Of a DNA stretch of 64,000 nt, positions 1-11,160 are shown one piece after another. Source of the stretch: Negaprion brevirostris (taxonomy: Eukaryota); assembly GCA_030324005.1 (NCBI GenBank), contig JARDVH010000031.1, positions 38,349,680-38,413,679 on the forward strand. Direction: 5' to 3'. The notes under the pieces are model-generated. The model ran no database searches. It was not told where the DNA came from and saw only the letters and a program-made list of their open reading frames with translations. Position 1 is the first letter of the stretch. Each line of letters opens with the position of its first letter. Position numbers and translations under genes: made by a program.

Positions 1-110
1 ACAAGGACCCCGAGGTCCCTCTGCACCGTCGCCTGCTGCAGTTTTTCGCCACGTAAGTAATAGTCCTTCCTACCATTGTTCCTACCAAAGTGGACCACCT
101 CACACTTGCT
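1..110 (-). mobile_element. CR1-like LINE RT fragment
   Basis: ACAAGGACCCCGAGGTCCCTCTG...CCAAAGTGGACCACCTCACACTTG resembles the antisense of the CR1 RT C-terminal region. Confidence 0.55.
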
Positions 111-519
111 TTTGAGGAGTTTTCAACAAGTACTGTTGGGCCTTTTCGCTCAGCTTGAAATTTATTAATTAAATTTGATCATTCTACGTTCATTGCAGAA
201 GAACTTTCATTTTACAGATTTAAAATACATATTAGCACATTGTATTTGCGATTGAGATAAAGTTAGTAGTCTTTCACTTGTGTGAAGGTATTTTGGCAAA
301 ATGGTTGTTGGAAATATCAAACCTTTTCTTGTTGGACATAATACTGAAACAGTTCTATCCTTAATCTGGCTCTGACTGACACTAAAGCTAGCATTATATT
401 GCTTCCAAAAATCCGACTCTTGTATGTGCCTGCTTCTACCTCTCTTTACTCTTCAAGACACTCTATGAAACCTATCACATTGATCAAGCTTTTGGTTATC
501 TGCTTTGATGCTTCTTTAC

Positions 520-1980
520 CCTAGAATAGTCACAATGCAGAAAGATGTTATTCAGTGCATTGTATCCTCACTGCTTTTCTACAAGAGCAACTCCACCATT
601 CCAGTCCCTGCGTTTTTGCTGTGGTTTGGTAATTTTGTTCTTTTCAGTTAATTATCCAATCCCTTTTCAAAGCCATGATCCGCCTCTAAGGGAATGGATT
701 CATTGCGTGGGGAAAAAAAACTTTCCTTTATGTGACCTTTGCTTCTTCTTTCATTCATCTTAAATCATTGTTTTGTGGTTCTTGATCCTACCACTAAGGA
801 AACAGTTTCTTCTTATCCACTATGTGCAGTCCCCTCATGATTTTAAACAGCTCTGTCAAATCTCCGCTAAACCGTGCCTTCTTGAAAGAGAGCAGCAAGT
901 CCCTGAACCCTGGAAACACTCTGTGCAAATCTTTTCCTGTGCCCTTTCTAAGGCATTCACATTCCTAAGTGTAGTGCCCAGAAATGGACACAAATCTCAA
1001 ATTGAGCTTGAACCAGCATTGAAAAATATTCACCATAAGTTTCTTGCTTTTGCACTCCATGCCTCTATTTATAAAGATAATTCCAAATATCTTATTAACA
1101 GTGTTCTCAACCTGCCCTATCATCTTCAACACCTATAGCCAGGTGTCTCTTTTCCTGCACTCACATTTGTAGTGTACTGTTTATTTTATATTACCTTTCC
1201 TTATTCTTCCTACTAAAATGTATCACTTCATACTTCCCTGCAATAAATTTAATCTGCCATCTGCCTGTTTTACCATGTCCTCCTGAAGTCTATCACCATC
1301 CCCCTCATGGTTCGCAATATCCCCAATTTTGTATCATTTATAAATTTTGAAATATTGCCCCCACACCCAAGCCAAGTTCATCAACATAGATCAAGAAAGC
1401 AATGGTCGTAATACTGATCCTTGGGGAAGCCCAGTATATACCTTCCTTCAATCTAAAAAAACAATTGTCGCCACTGCTCTTGTTTCCTGTCATTCACTGA
1501 ACTTCAAATTCATGCTGTCACTGTTCCTTTTATTCTCCAGACTTTAACTTTGCCAACAACTCATTTATATGGCACTTTATCAATCGCCTTTTGAAAGTCC
1601 ATGTACATCACATCAACCCCATTACCCAAACAACTCTTTCTGTTACACCGTCAAACATCTCAAATCAAGCTAGTTAAATACATTTAATCTTGAACAAATC
1701 CATACTTGTTTTTCTTTAATCCAAGTGATAATTAATTTTGTCCCAGGTTATTGTCTCCAAAACCTTCCCCACCATCAAAGTTAAACTAACTGGCCTGTAT
1801 TTGCTGGACTATCTTTAAACTCTTTTTAAATCCTGAGTGCAACATTTGCAATTCTNNNNNNNNNNTCCTCTGGCACCTATATCTAAAGCAGACGGGAAGA
1901 TTATGACCAATGCCTCCACGATTGCCACGCTTACTTCACTCAGTATCATCAGATGCATTTGATGGAGTCATGGTGACTTG
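520..1980 (-). mobile_element. Decayed CR1/HER1-like LINE, 3' part
   Basis: Antisense CR1 RT motifs (TTTTGAAAGTCCATGTACATCACATCAAC = VDVMYMDFQK; AACTGGCCTGTATTTGCTGG = PANYRPV-like), many stops. Confidence 0.75.
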
Positions 1981-2643
1981 TATAGCACAAGGTCAAATCT
2001 TATTTACTGTTGCTCATGTGCAGCACCTTGGGAAGTTTTACCACACTAATGATACTATATAAATATCAGGGCTGCAGAGTTTGGTTATGTAGTACTAGTG
2101 ATTTTGGAACTCTGAACTCTAGTTTTATTAGCAAATTACATCCATGGCATTTCTGCACACAGCCAGTGTGATGTGTATGAAATTCCAATTTGTTAAGTAC
2201 AATAGGGAGTGTAAGCAAGATAGAAATATGCAGACTAGACAGATTATGATGTTAGCCAGCATCTGACACCGATTTAGCAATAGATGTGCCATTTTAGACC
2301 TTGCTATTCTTATTAATGCCCTCTTTGAAACACACCGAGATACCCCATCAATGTAATTTATAGATCATTACGTCTTACAGGTCAATTGCTGCTGGCTGAT
2401 CGAATTTCTGGAAGTGCTAAGTGGTGTTGCACATGGGGCGAATATTACTGTTAACTGCAAGGGCTCTGAGTACACCACATCATGGGCAATAGTAGCAGTT
2501 TCCTTGGGTTGGAACATGAAGGGAGATGATGCAGAAGCAGCAATTGAGAAGACAAGCTATATGGAGAGGGAGGAGGGAAGGAAAGTAGCAAGAGGTATTT
2601 ACACACCTGCAATCCTCCCCAGCCCTCATCCTAACTCTAGTTA

Positions 2644-2766
2644 TGATGTGGAGATGCCGGCGTTGGACTGGGGTGGGCACGGTAAGAAGTCTCACAACAC
2701 CAGGTTAAATTCCAACAGGTTTACTTGGTAGCACGAGCTTTTGGAGTTTCGTTCCTTCTTCAGGTT
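2644..2766 (-). mobile_element. Penelope-like terminal repeat with decayed hammerhead core
   Basis: Same repeat as at 4267-4351 and 56770-56877. The minus strand reads CCTGAAGA-AGGAACGAAACTCC-AAAAGCTCGTG, with GAAA mutated to AAAA. Confidence 0.7.
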
Positions 2767-3439
2767 TGGCAGAGTAGTGTGTGCCAATTTACCTTCTCTT
2801 AACCCCTCTACTCTCTCAGAAACTAGAAAGTAACTTTGAAAACTGCAAGAGAAGATGACCAATGTATACGATAAAAACGCAGGGACAGAATTGGCAAGTT
2901 TACAGCTGGGACAATAAGTTCACACCCAAGATCTCACAGAATGCAGTGAGGCGACAAGGATTTGTTCAGAAGTTATAAAGTCTTTACAGACTCAATGATG
3001 AGACATAACCAAGGACCAATCAGATCCATTCCAGCTCCTCAACTACTGTGCAGTCTGACCGCACCGAGGGGAAGATCCGGGAATGACAATCCCACAAAAC
3101 ACCGTGAACAACTAAAGAAACATCCAGACAAGGTTACCAGGATCACCTCTCTGCTTTATAGACTCAGATTCACCAGTTACATACACTTACGTAATGGTAA
3201 CTAAACATGAATATTTAAATAGTTAGACTTCTTTGGAAGGTGGGAACTTGAATTTTAAAAAGAAAGGGGGAAGTTGTATTGCCTTTAAAGAGAAAGCAGC
3301 ATGACATTAGTGGAAAGGAAGTGTGTCATGTAATCCAGTCTCACTTTGGCCAATGGATAGAACACAGCGCACACAGCTCTGCTGCTGAGCTCAAAGCTTT
3401 CCAGCCATGTTTTGGGTAGAATTGGTTTTGATTTTGGTC

Positions 3440-3545
3440 CTGTTAATTGAGTAAGGAATGTTGGCCAGAATACAGCGAGAACACTCTGGTTATCAAATAG
3501 TGTTGTGGGATCTTAACTGCTCAGTGAAGGAAATTGGTTTCAATT
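3440..3545 (-). mobile_element. Possible Deu-domain SINE remnant
   Basis: AAGGAATGTTGGCCAGAATACAGCGAGAACACTC...CAAATAGTGTTGTGGGATCTT resembles the antisense DeuSINE core (from recall). Confidence 0.4.
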
Positions 3546-4266
3546 TAACTTCATTTAACTTCAAATCAGTCAAGGATCAGTGAAAAACATCCACTTATTC
3601 CTTCCCCAGCCTGCCCACCCCAAACTGTCAACCAGCTGACAGTCAGCAAGCAGGCAGCACTCTGACAGTCCAGCTCTGAAATCAAATATCAGCACGACCG
3701 GAAGCTCCCTACCGCAGTTTGTAGAACTTACACCGATAGGCACCCTGCCCTTCTCCTCAAACCCAGAGAGAAAACACTGACAGCACCACTGAGGCCTTGT
3801 AGTGAACAGTTGATACATTGCTGCATTCTACATGTTCTGATACAAACACAATACATCCTCTGTCTCCTACAGCTCAGCATGACACTGAAGGGTNNNNNNN
3901 NNNACTGAGAGGAGGCAAGAATCCTTAACCAGGGACTGTTAATTGGAGCTGAAACAAAAGAATAGGGAGGCATTCAGCCCCTCAACAGTGTTGCATCACT
4001 CAATGGGAACACAGCTGAAGTGAACCTCAAGTCTATTTTCTGACATTGATTCCATTTCCTTTGATTCACTTCCCAATGACCGTGCATCCCCCCCCACCCT
4101 GCGCACACACACACGCCCTGCGCGCGCACACCCCCACACACACCCAGCACACCCACACCCACCCTGNNNNNNNNNNNNNNNNNNNNNNNNNNNNNNNNNN
4201 NNNNNNNNNNNNNNNNNNNNNNNNNNNNNNNNNNNNNNNNNNNNNNNNNNNNNNNNNNNNNNNNNN

Positions 4267-4298
4267 CTGATGAAGGAGCAGTGCTCTGAAAGCTTGTG
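4267..4298 (+). ncRNA. Minimal type I hammerhead ribozyme motif (Penelope type)
   Basis: CUGAUGA-A-GGAGC(AGU)GCUCU-GAAA-GCU-U-GUG: intact core boxes, 5-bp stem II and palindromic AGCU stem III; the 5' strand of stem I lies in Ns. Confidence 0.55.
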
Positions 4299-4351
4299 AT
4301 TCCAGATAAACCTGTTGGACTTTAACCTGGTGTTGTGAGACTTAATACTGT
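4267..4351 (+). mobile_element. Penelope-like terminal repeat, 5' side hidden by N gap
   Basis: Inverted counterpart of 2644-2766 (AAACCTGTTGGACTTTAACCTGGTGTTGTGAGACTT). Confidence 0.75.
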
Positions 4352-4740
4352 AACTCTAGCTAAGTCTGGATCAGGTGTCTACAATTTACCAAGGAGATGG
4401 CCAAAGAACACTACTTTTTCTTGGGAACTAGACCTGGAGTTTTTGAGCAGGGTGAAGACAACGTTGTCAGTGTCTATAATGGTGACTGTGGCACTTAGTT
4501 TTTCCACAACCAGCTCTGTCCAAGCTGGAAAAAGAATGACATGGCTAACACCTGATTCACCTTCCAGTGATGGATGGGAGAGGTGATGGTGCTTCTGTCT
4601 GCCAGAAGACGGGACTTCATTGTGTTTCTCTGAACAGTGAGAAGCAGGAGGAGCATGCATCTTGCTTTGGAAGGAAAGCGGGCTTCCCTATGGCGCAGGC
4701 TGCCATCTGCTGCATACATGTGGCTTTAGGGACATTATGT

Positions 4741-5224
4741 CTGGATTTTCATCATCAGGCAGGCAGTGGGAGTTGAAGAAATTCCCGGCTTGGTTCACCT
4801 AGGAGAAATTGCCCAAAAAGATGGGTCTTAATTGTGGAATTGTAACTGTGATTGAGCTGTAATCAGATCAGCTGACCTGGGAATGTTTGAAGGCAGCCCA
4901 GGTGACCCAACAGCCTAATGGATTTTGAGGTTTTTAACCAAGCATTCATAATAAGGGCTTGGCTGAGAGCCCAGCAATCTTATTAGACTGCTAAAGCACC
5001 TGACCTTTCGAAGAAAACATTGCCATGATTCATTAAAAACCTGGTCTGACTCCATGAAATAGGCATGGTCTGACTCCATGCCTATTCTCACAATGGAATT
5101 GGCCAGGTCAGAAGTACAGGAAATAGACTTCGAAACCCTGGGAATGGGGTCAGGAATTCCTGAATCAGGTCTGGCCACCATTCCTAAAGGACTTCTACAT
5201 CACCCTGACTGGGTGAAAATCCAG
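4741..5224. mobile_element. MITE-like insertion nested in the Harbinger transposase relic
   Basis: Terminal inverted repeats CTGGATTTTCA (4741-4751) / TGAAAATCCAG (5214-5224); transposase motifs resume on both sides. Confidence 0.55.
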
Positions 5225-7278
5225 GCCTACATTTCAACTGTGAGCTATTCCAAAACCATAAACTCAGGGGTTGTGTGCCATGCTCAGCACATCATGTCGC
5301 TGAATGCCTACTGTCCTGGAAATAGTCATGTCGCATTTATTCTATGCCAGTTACAACTGTCTTTCAGCCATAAGGTCAAAACATAGGTGGGCAACATGAG
5401 TTACTACTTTATACCTGGCTAATGAAACCCCTTTACAAACTAACCACATATGGCAAGCTTGCTACCGTGGGAAACATCATTGGACAGAAGAAGGAGTGCT
5501 GGAGCATTGGGTATGCTGTCTAGATTACTGTGAAGGTGCCCCCCACTATTGACCAGAGCAAGTATCCATTTTGTAACGGATGGTTGCATACCTTATAAGT
5601 TGGTCATCATGATAGCACAACTCTTGCCACCAAGAAAGTACTTCAGAAAGAGAAGCAAGAGGACAGGATGGACTGTGTATGAACATGTAATTCAACTTCA
5701 GTTCTTGTGAATAATGCCACAAATCTTCATTTTTATAACAAGACACCCAAATACTCCACAAAATATTCAGCTAATTACTTTTGTGCATTTCCTTTATGTC
5801 TGCCTTCTATGTCCCCATGACTATCCTAGTGCTTCAGTATGGTGTTACCTCAGTGACAGTTGCATGAGCGATGGAAGGTAGGAAATTGCAAACAACCTTG
5901 GAGGGCAGTTTTGAGCAGCTCTGGGCCATGATTCAGACTGCACTTCCTCAGCAATTTGGGCTGACTGGCTTACAAGGCAGCAGCAAGAGCACGGGCAGGC
6001 TGACAGCAATAGAAGTATAAATGCTGTCATCCTGAGAGAGTATAGCACTTGTATACTCCCAANNNNNNNNNNNNNNNNNNNNNNNNNNNNNNNGTAAGCT
6101 TCTGGAGGACATATTGCCAGACAGTGAGACTCTGCAACCCCCTTGAGCACTGCTGTCTGCAGCCATGTCGGCAGCACTCTGAGCCTGCATGGCACCAAAT
6201 TGGACTTGTTTGGCAATAAGCTGAGATTTCATAACTTCAGTTTGAATTTCCACTGTCGTACTGACATGTTGGGGGCTTCTGTTTTGCTGCAATGGAAGTC
6301 AAAGCATCAGACATCGAACTATGGTTGGGTCTAGAATGTTCTCATGGAATTTGCCACTACTTCCACACTGGAAAGAATGGGCTTCAAGCTCTGCACAAAA
6401 CTCATGCCAAGTTGGAGTCATACTTCTGCATATTTCTTAAGGGGTGACAGCCTTCCTGGCAGGTTTGCTAGTGCTTCAAGCGTTTCTTTCTGCGTGCCAG
6501 CTAGCCTTGTTGGATGAGGGTGAAGCATGACTTGAGAAGCTGGGCCATCAGGAGGAACATAATGTCATCCTTAGTGGATTAAACCCTGCCACAGGCCCCT
6601 GCTTCAGTAACAACTCTTCCACTGGTGGCAAGCACTGTCTCCTCCATGGAGATCAGCACATGCAGTCTTCCCACACTCCCTTCTCACCCCACCCTGGCAG
6701 GTGCCACCTTGTCCTAAGGAGAGAGTAGGAAGTGTGTCTTTGAGTGTGGTGCAAAGTGTTTGGAATTGTGTATGCCACAGTTGAACAGCTGGCAGAATGT
6801 ACAAGTTGTGAGATGCAAGTTTGCATCTGCAAGCTGCACAGTCACTTGGAAATATTTAGCTGTAACTCTCAGGCTGTGCTGCACTTCAGTCTGTGCTATG
6901 CTGAAAATTTGCAGTTCTTCCTCTTGGTTAGCTAGCACTTAACCTGTGGATTTCTTCTATCTTTACAGTGTGGTTCTGTAACTCCACTTCTTTTGTCGTT
7001 TTTGCTGCTGGGTGTTCCCATTGTTTGTACAGAGTACCACTTTCTGCCCTTCCTTCTTTTACATAATCAGTTCATATCCTTAACCAATTTTTATATGCTG
7101 TATACATATTTCAGCTGCATTATTTCAAATTATAAGCACTGCACAGTTACATTATTTGAATTTAATTGTGATACTTTTAAGTTAATGCTGTAGCTTATTA
7201 AGTTGAAGTTTGTTTGTGAGATTACAACCAATTCGCAACATTTTGGTGAAACTGCATTTTTTTAAAAAATACATTTAG

Positions 7279-7467
7279 ATGTGAAGGTTACATGGTATAG
7301 TAAGCAGAAGGAGATCAAACAATCGCGATTCTTCAAGATGGTTCAGTTTGAAGATACCTACCAACTGGAAGTTGCTGAAGCATACCCGGAGGATGAAGGA
7401 ATGTATAAATGTGTAGCATCCAACTCCGCTGGAGAGGTGTCGTGCACTGCTAACTTAAAACTGGAAG
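7279..7467 (+). CDS. TTN: Titin exon, C-terminal part of Ig I15 (human exon 44 equivalent)
   Basis: tttag|AT GTG...CTG GAA G|gtaaat, 189 nt; DVKVTWYSK...RFFKMVQFEDTYQLEVAEAYPEDEG. Confidence 0.95.
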
Positions 7468-8192
7468 GTAAATTAATGCATTCTTTATTTTGGCTTTATA
7501 TGCTACATATTACATTATTTTTACATTTCTCTTTTCCTGGTCTGAATTTTGAAGCATATTCCTGCCTGTGGTTATTTCCATTGTTTGGTAATGGTTGACA
7601 TTGCCTGTGGCATTCATTTTTACACTTTAGCACCATTGGGCCAGCAAGCGTGTTCACTTTTTACGAAAGCATGTGCATTTTGTGCTTGTATTGCTGAACA
7701 CCATTCCACCTTGTCTCTGTATCTGCCATTGGTTGAAGCATTTTCATCCGTAATAGACTTCATCAAGCAACTCATCTAGTCTACATTTGTTTCCAAACCT
7801 GTAATAACTCATGGCCAGTTCTTTCATCCGCCTCTAAAGTAAACAACTGAGGCTACCAGCTGTGCACTGTGGAATGCTACTATAACACGATTATACTTAC
7901 TAAAATAAATTTCTTTTGTAAACAACATAATATGTTACAACTGTAAATTTATTCAGCAATAAAGCATTGTACTTCATCATTTTGTTTGGATTTTCTTGTT
8001 AGATCTCCTCTTGCAGTGGCTTCAATTTTAAGATATTTTCAGTAAACTATAAAATAAGATGAAAGTTTTCATCAAATGCACCCAACTACCTCAACTGTAG
8101 AAAGGCACACTAATTTTTAAATGACAAGTATGTGCCTTGACTTTTAATTTATAATGCCAGTCATACAGTGCAAAACCTGATTTCCTTTCCAG

Positions 8193-8520
8193 GATATAGA
8201 AAGATCGATTACATCAAAGACATCATATGTCTACGTTTGGCTCTTCTGAAGAAGCAACATGAGTCCAAATGCCTTTCTTTAGTGTGTGCATTTTAAGTAG
8301 GCAAGTGCACATTGGGCTGGCAAGCATATTATATGCAATAGTGTCTGTTGGTCCCAAACCAAAGATCCAAGGATTGCATAATGGACAGTTAATCAAGCCA
8401 AGAAAAGTTCTGGTGCTTCATTTTGATAGTCTAAGAACAACAGTATACTTACTACTGATGCAAGAATAAAATTAGGATTTTCTTGGTATAGTTCTTGTTA
8501 ACTGACTTAGCAATTTCAGC
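8193..8520 (+). pseudogene. TTN: Novex-1-like pseudoexon (decayed Ig I16)
   Basis: Strong acceptor tttcctttccag| at 8192. Peptide VHIG...IVSVGPKPKIQGLHNGQLIKPRKVLVLHFD resembles Novex-1 VHNG...VSGIPKPEIQWFHNQQLILPTKDVVFHFE. Frameshift, loss of core Trp and stops; 3' end approximate. Confidence 0.7.
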
Positions 8521-8997
8521 AAAGTACAGCCCACATTGGGCAATATAAATATGGAAAGCATAAATAAACTATACTGGCAAAAAAATCTAATAGTGCTCTA
8601 CTTACAGTAAACAATTTACCCTCTGACTAGATATTTGCGTTAATCCTTCCAAATAGTATATTTTTTTGATTTTGCACTTCATATCACCTCATGTTTCTAA
8701 AATCTGATTCCTTTAACACACAATTTAGAAGCCTTTCATCTTCATCTTCATCTGGAACATTTGCAAGAGAAGAACTAAATCTTCATTTTGTTCAATGAAT
8801 GCCATTTTCTCCCATGGAATTTTGCAGATTTTATTGAGGAAAAGGAATTGGGAGTTTTTCTCAATCAAGTGAATTGCACCTCTTTAGCATGTGGTTAGCA
8901 TGCTGGGTTGCCCGTTGGACAACATGAGCTGTTGCTTTGATTATTTTGTCAGTCATGATTTAATATCATGATTAATACTTTGTCTTTTGTTACTCAG

Positions 8998-9882
8998 ATT
9001 ACAAAGTGCAAAGCATAGATAGTCAGAGCATAACAACTTCTGGAAAAGCTGTAGAGGAATCCATCGCTTCAAAGACTTTTGAAGTATCAGAAATGCATGT
9101 GGAGTCCCCTGTGACCTTAACGCATACAAAGAACTATACCAAGGAAATCAGTTTGCAGCAAGAACATACATACAGTGTTCAGACATTTGAAAGTATTTCC
9201 ATGAGATCATCAAGCAAAACAGTTTCCTCTGGAAGTTGGGAAGAATGCCAAAAAGTTGCCAAGACGGAAACAGTTAGAAGTGGCTGTCAAAGTTCGCCAA
9301 AAATCTTGCAAGATCTGAATGATGTCACAGTTTTGTTAGGTCAAACTGCATCTCTAAAATGTCAAATTCTAGCATTGCCAAGACCTGAAATAAAATGGTA
9401 TAGAGAAGATGAAGAACTTGTGGAAGTTAAGAGAATTAAAATTGTTTCTATAACAGAAGATGAAGTTTTGACATCATCTGAATTAATTATAGAACAGATC
9501 CGAGAAGAAGACACAGGAATTTATAAATGTAAAGCTACAAATCCTTTTGGCGAAGTTAAATGCAAAGCCGAAATAATTGTTACTGCAGCCAAACCTGCCC
9601 TTGAGGTTCCCCTGATTCTCCTTGAACTTAGTGATCTAAAGGTGAAGGTTGGTCAGATGGCACAGTTCATCTGTTCTTTTAGCGGGGAATCTTTTACAGA
9701 GGTCATATGGAGTCACGGAAGCACAAGACTGGAAGAATCACGAAGACTGAAGATTTCTCAGAATGGAAATGTTATGTCTCTCACTATCCTAAATGTGCAC
9801 TTAGAGGATCAGGGACAGTACAGCTGTACTACAAGAAATGAAAGTGGTGAAAAGAAGACTACTGCTATACTAATTGTAGAAG
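8998..9882 (+). CDS. TTN: Novex-2-like cassette exon: unique linker plus two Ig domains
   Basis: ctcag|AT TAC...GTA GAA G|gtggtt, 885 nt open. N-terminus VQSIDSQ..YSVQTFES and last Ig (EESRRLKISQNGN..DQGQYSC) resemble human Novex-2. Confidence 0.88.
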
Positions 9883-10173
9883 GTGGTTGTTTATTATTTT
9901 ACTTACAAACAGCATCCTGATCCATCCACTTCATGTTTCTGTTCCAAAATAAGTTTAGTACCTTTTTAAGAAGATCCTAAATTTACTTATTAATAGTAAA
10001 ATGTTCAGTTTAAAATGTTTAGCTAGTGATTTATACAAACCTTAACACTAGACACACCAAGTCTGCATGAATTATTGCAAACATTGCCTCTTGCTGTTAT
10101 AATTTTTTCAAGTATTTACTTTGCTGAAATTATTAAATCAGTTAACATTTATCCTAATTTTATTCTTGCATAG

Positions 10174-10689
10174 CTGAAGAATCAAAACCCAAAACAGGTG
10201 CAAAAATCCCCACTGATAGCAGTTCAGATAGCACAATAACTGAACAAAGACCACATATCACACCTGATAGCACACCAGAAGTACAAAAGAAACCATCAAG
10301 TCCACCACCGTCTTCAACCAAAAGGCCAACTGGAAAAGAGAAGCTACGAAGCCGAGACTATTATCCTGATGTGGTGCCCTTTGATGAATTGATAGACACT
10401 GGAGCCATAGCACCGATGTTCTTAGAAAAGCTACCTCCAGAAATCATTGTACAAGATGGAGAAGATGTTTTGTTGTTCTGCATCGTAAAAGGTGTACCAT
10501 CACCTTGTGTACTTTGGCTGTGCAACCAGCGCATAGTTGAAGAATCTTCATTGTGTTCCATTAAACATGATGGGTTACTATGCAGTTTAAAAATGCAAAA
10601 TGTCTGCCAAAGGCACAGTGGCACTTATTCATGCAAAGCGGTTAACTCTGCTGGAGAAACAGCGTGCAACACTCTACTTAGAGTGACAG
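10174..10689 (+). CDS. TTN: Additional Novex-like cassette exon: P/S/T/K-rich linker plus one Ig
   Basis: ttgcatag|CT GAA...GTG ACA G|gttggc, 516 nt open, phase 1-1. I-set motifs APMFLEKL, GVPSPCVLW, HSGTYSCKAVNSAG. Confidence 0.82.
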
Positions 10690-11112
10690 GTTGGCAATTG
10701 CATGCTTTGGTCTTTCCCAATGTGACTTTATCATGCATCTCAGCACATCCTATGGAAAGATTCTTTGCAGAAAATCATCTTGTTGACCTGTGGACTATTG
10801 CATTCATTTTTCCTGAAATCAGATTAGGCATGTTGAGGCATGTTTGTTGTTTCGATACAGAGCAAAATGGAGAATGTTTTTTTTTTACAAAACCCTGGAT
10901 TGCCTGAATTATCTTTGTGATTCAGTCAACCATTTGCTTGGTAAATCCTTCTAGAAATCACAATTTGCGAATATATTTAATTTTTTGCATGTATGTTTTG
11001 TATGTCTTTTCATATTAAAAGTATTTTGAGTTTCATTTTCCTTTTTGCATATTTTGTGGGGAAAAACAGTGATACATTCTTATAATTATATTCAATATTC
11101 ATTTTCATGCAG

Positions 11113-11160
11113 AAAAGATTCAAGACAAGATTGAACAACAGATAGAAATGGAAGTGAGAG
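11113..11160 (+). CDS. TTN: Small linker exon (human exon 47 equivalent), EKIQDKIEQQIEMEVR
   Basis: ttcatgcag|AA AAG...AGA G|gtaata, 48 nt; resembles human HERIEQEIEMEMK. Not in the ORF track. Confidence 0.92.

Larger units (their letters stand above)
2500..5560 (+). mobile_element. Decayed PIF/Harbinger (HARBI1-like) transposase, interrupted by two insertions (2644-4351 and ~4741-5224)
   Basis: Collinear degenerate motifs TTLSVSIMVTVALSF (~4455), AGFPMAQAAICCIHVAL (~4678) and INSGVVCHAQ..CPGNSHVAFIL (~5260-5345), matching Harbinger ALPVAVKVTVALNF / GFPxVxGAIDCTHV / LNVQxVCD..PGSxHDAFIL. Confidence 0.7.

Noticed and set aside
3700-3770. Possible small minus-strand exon inside the Penelope cargo
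   Set aside because: Weak splice signals and no recognisable peptide.
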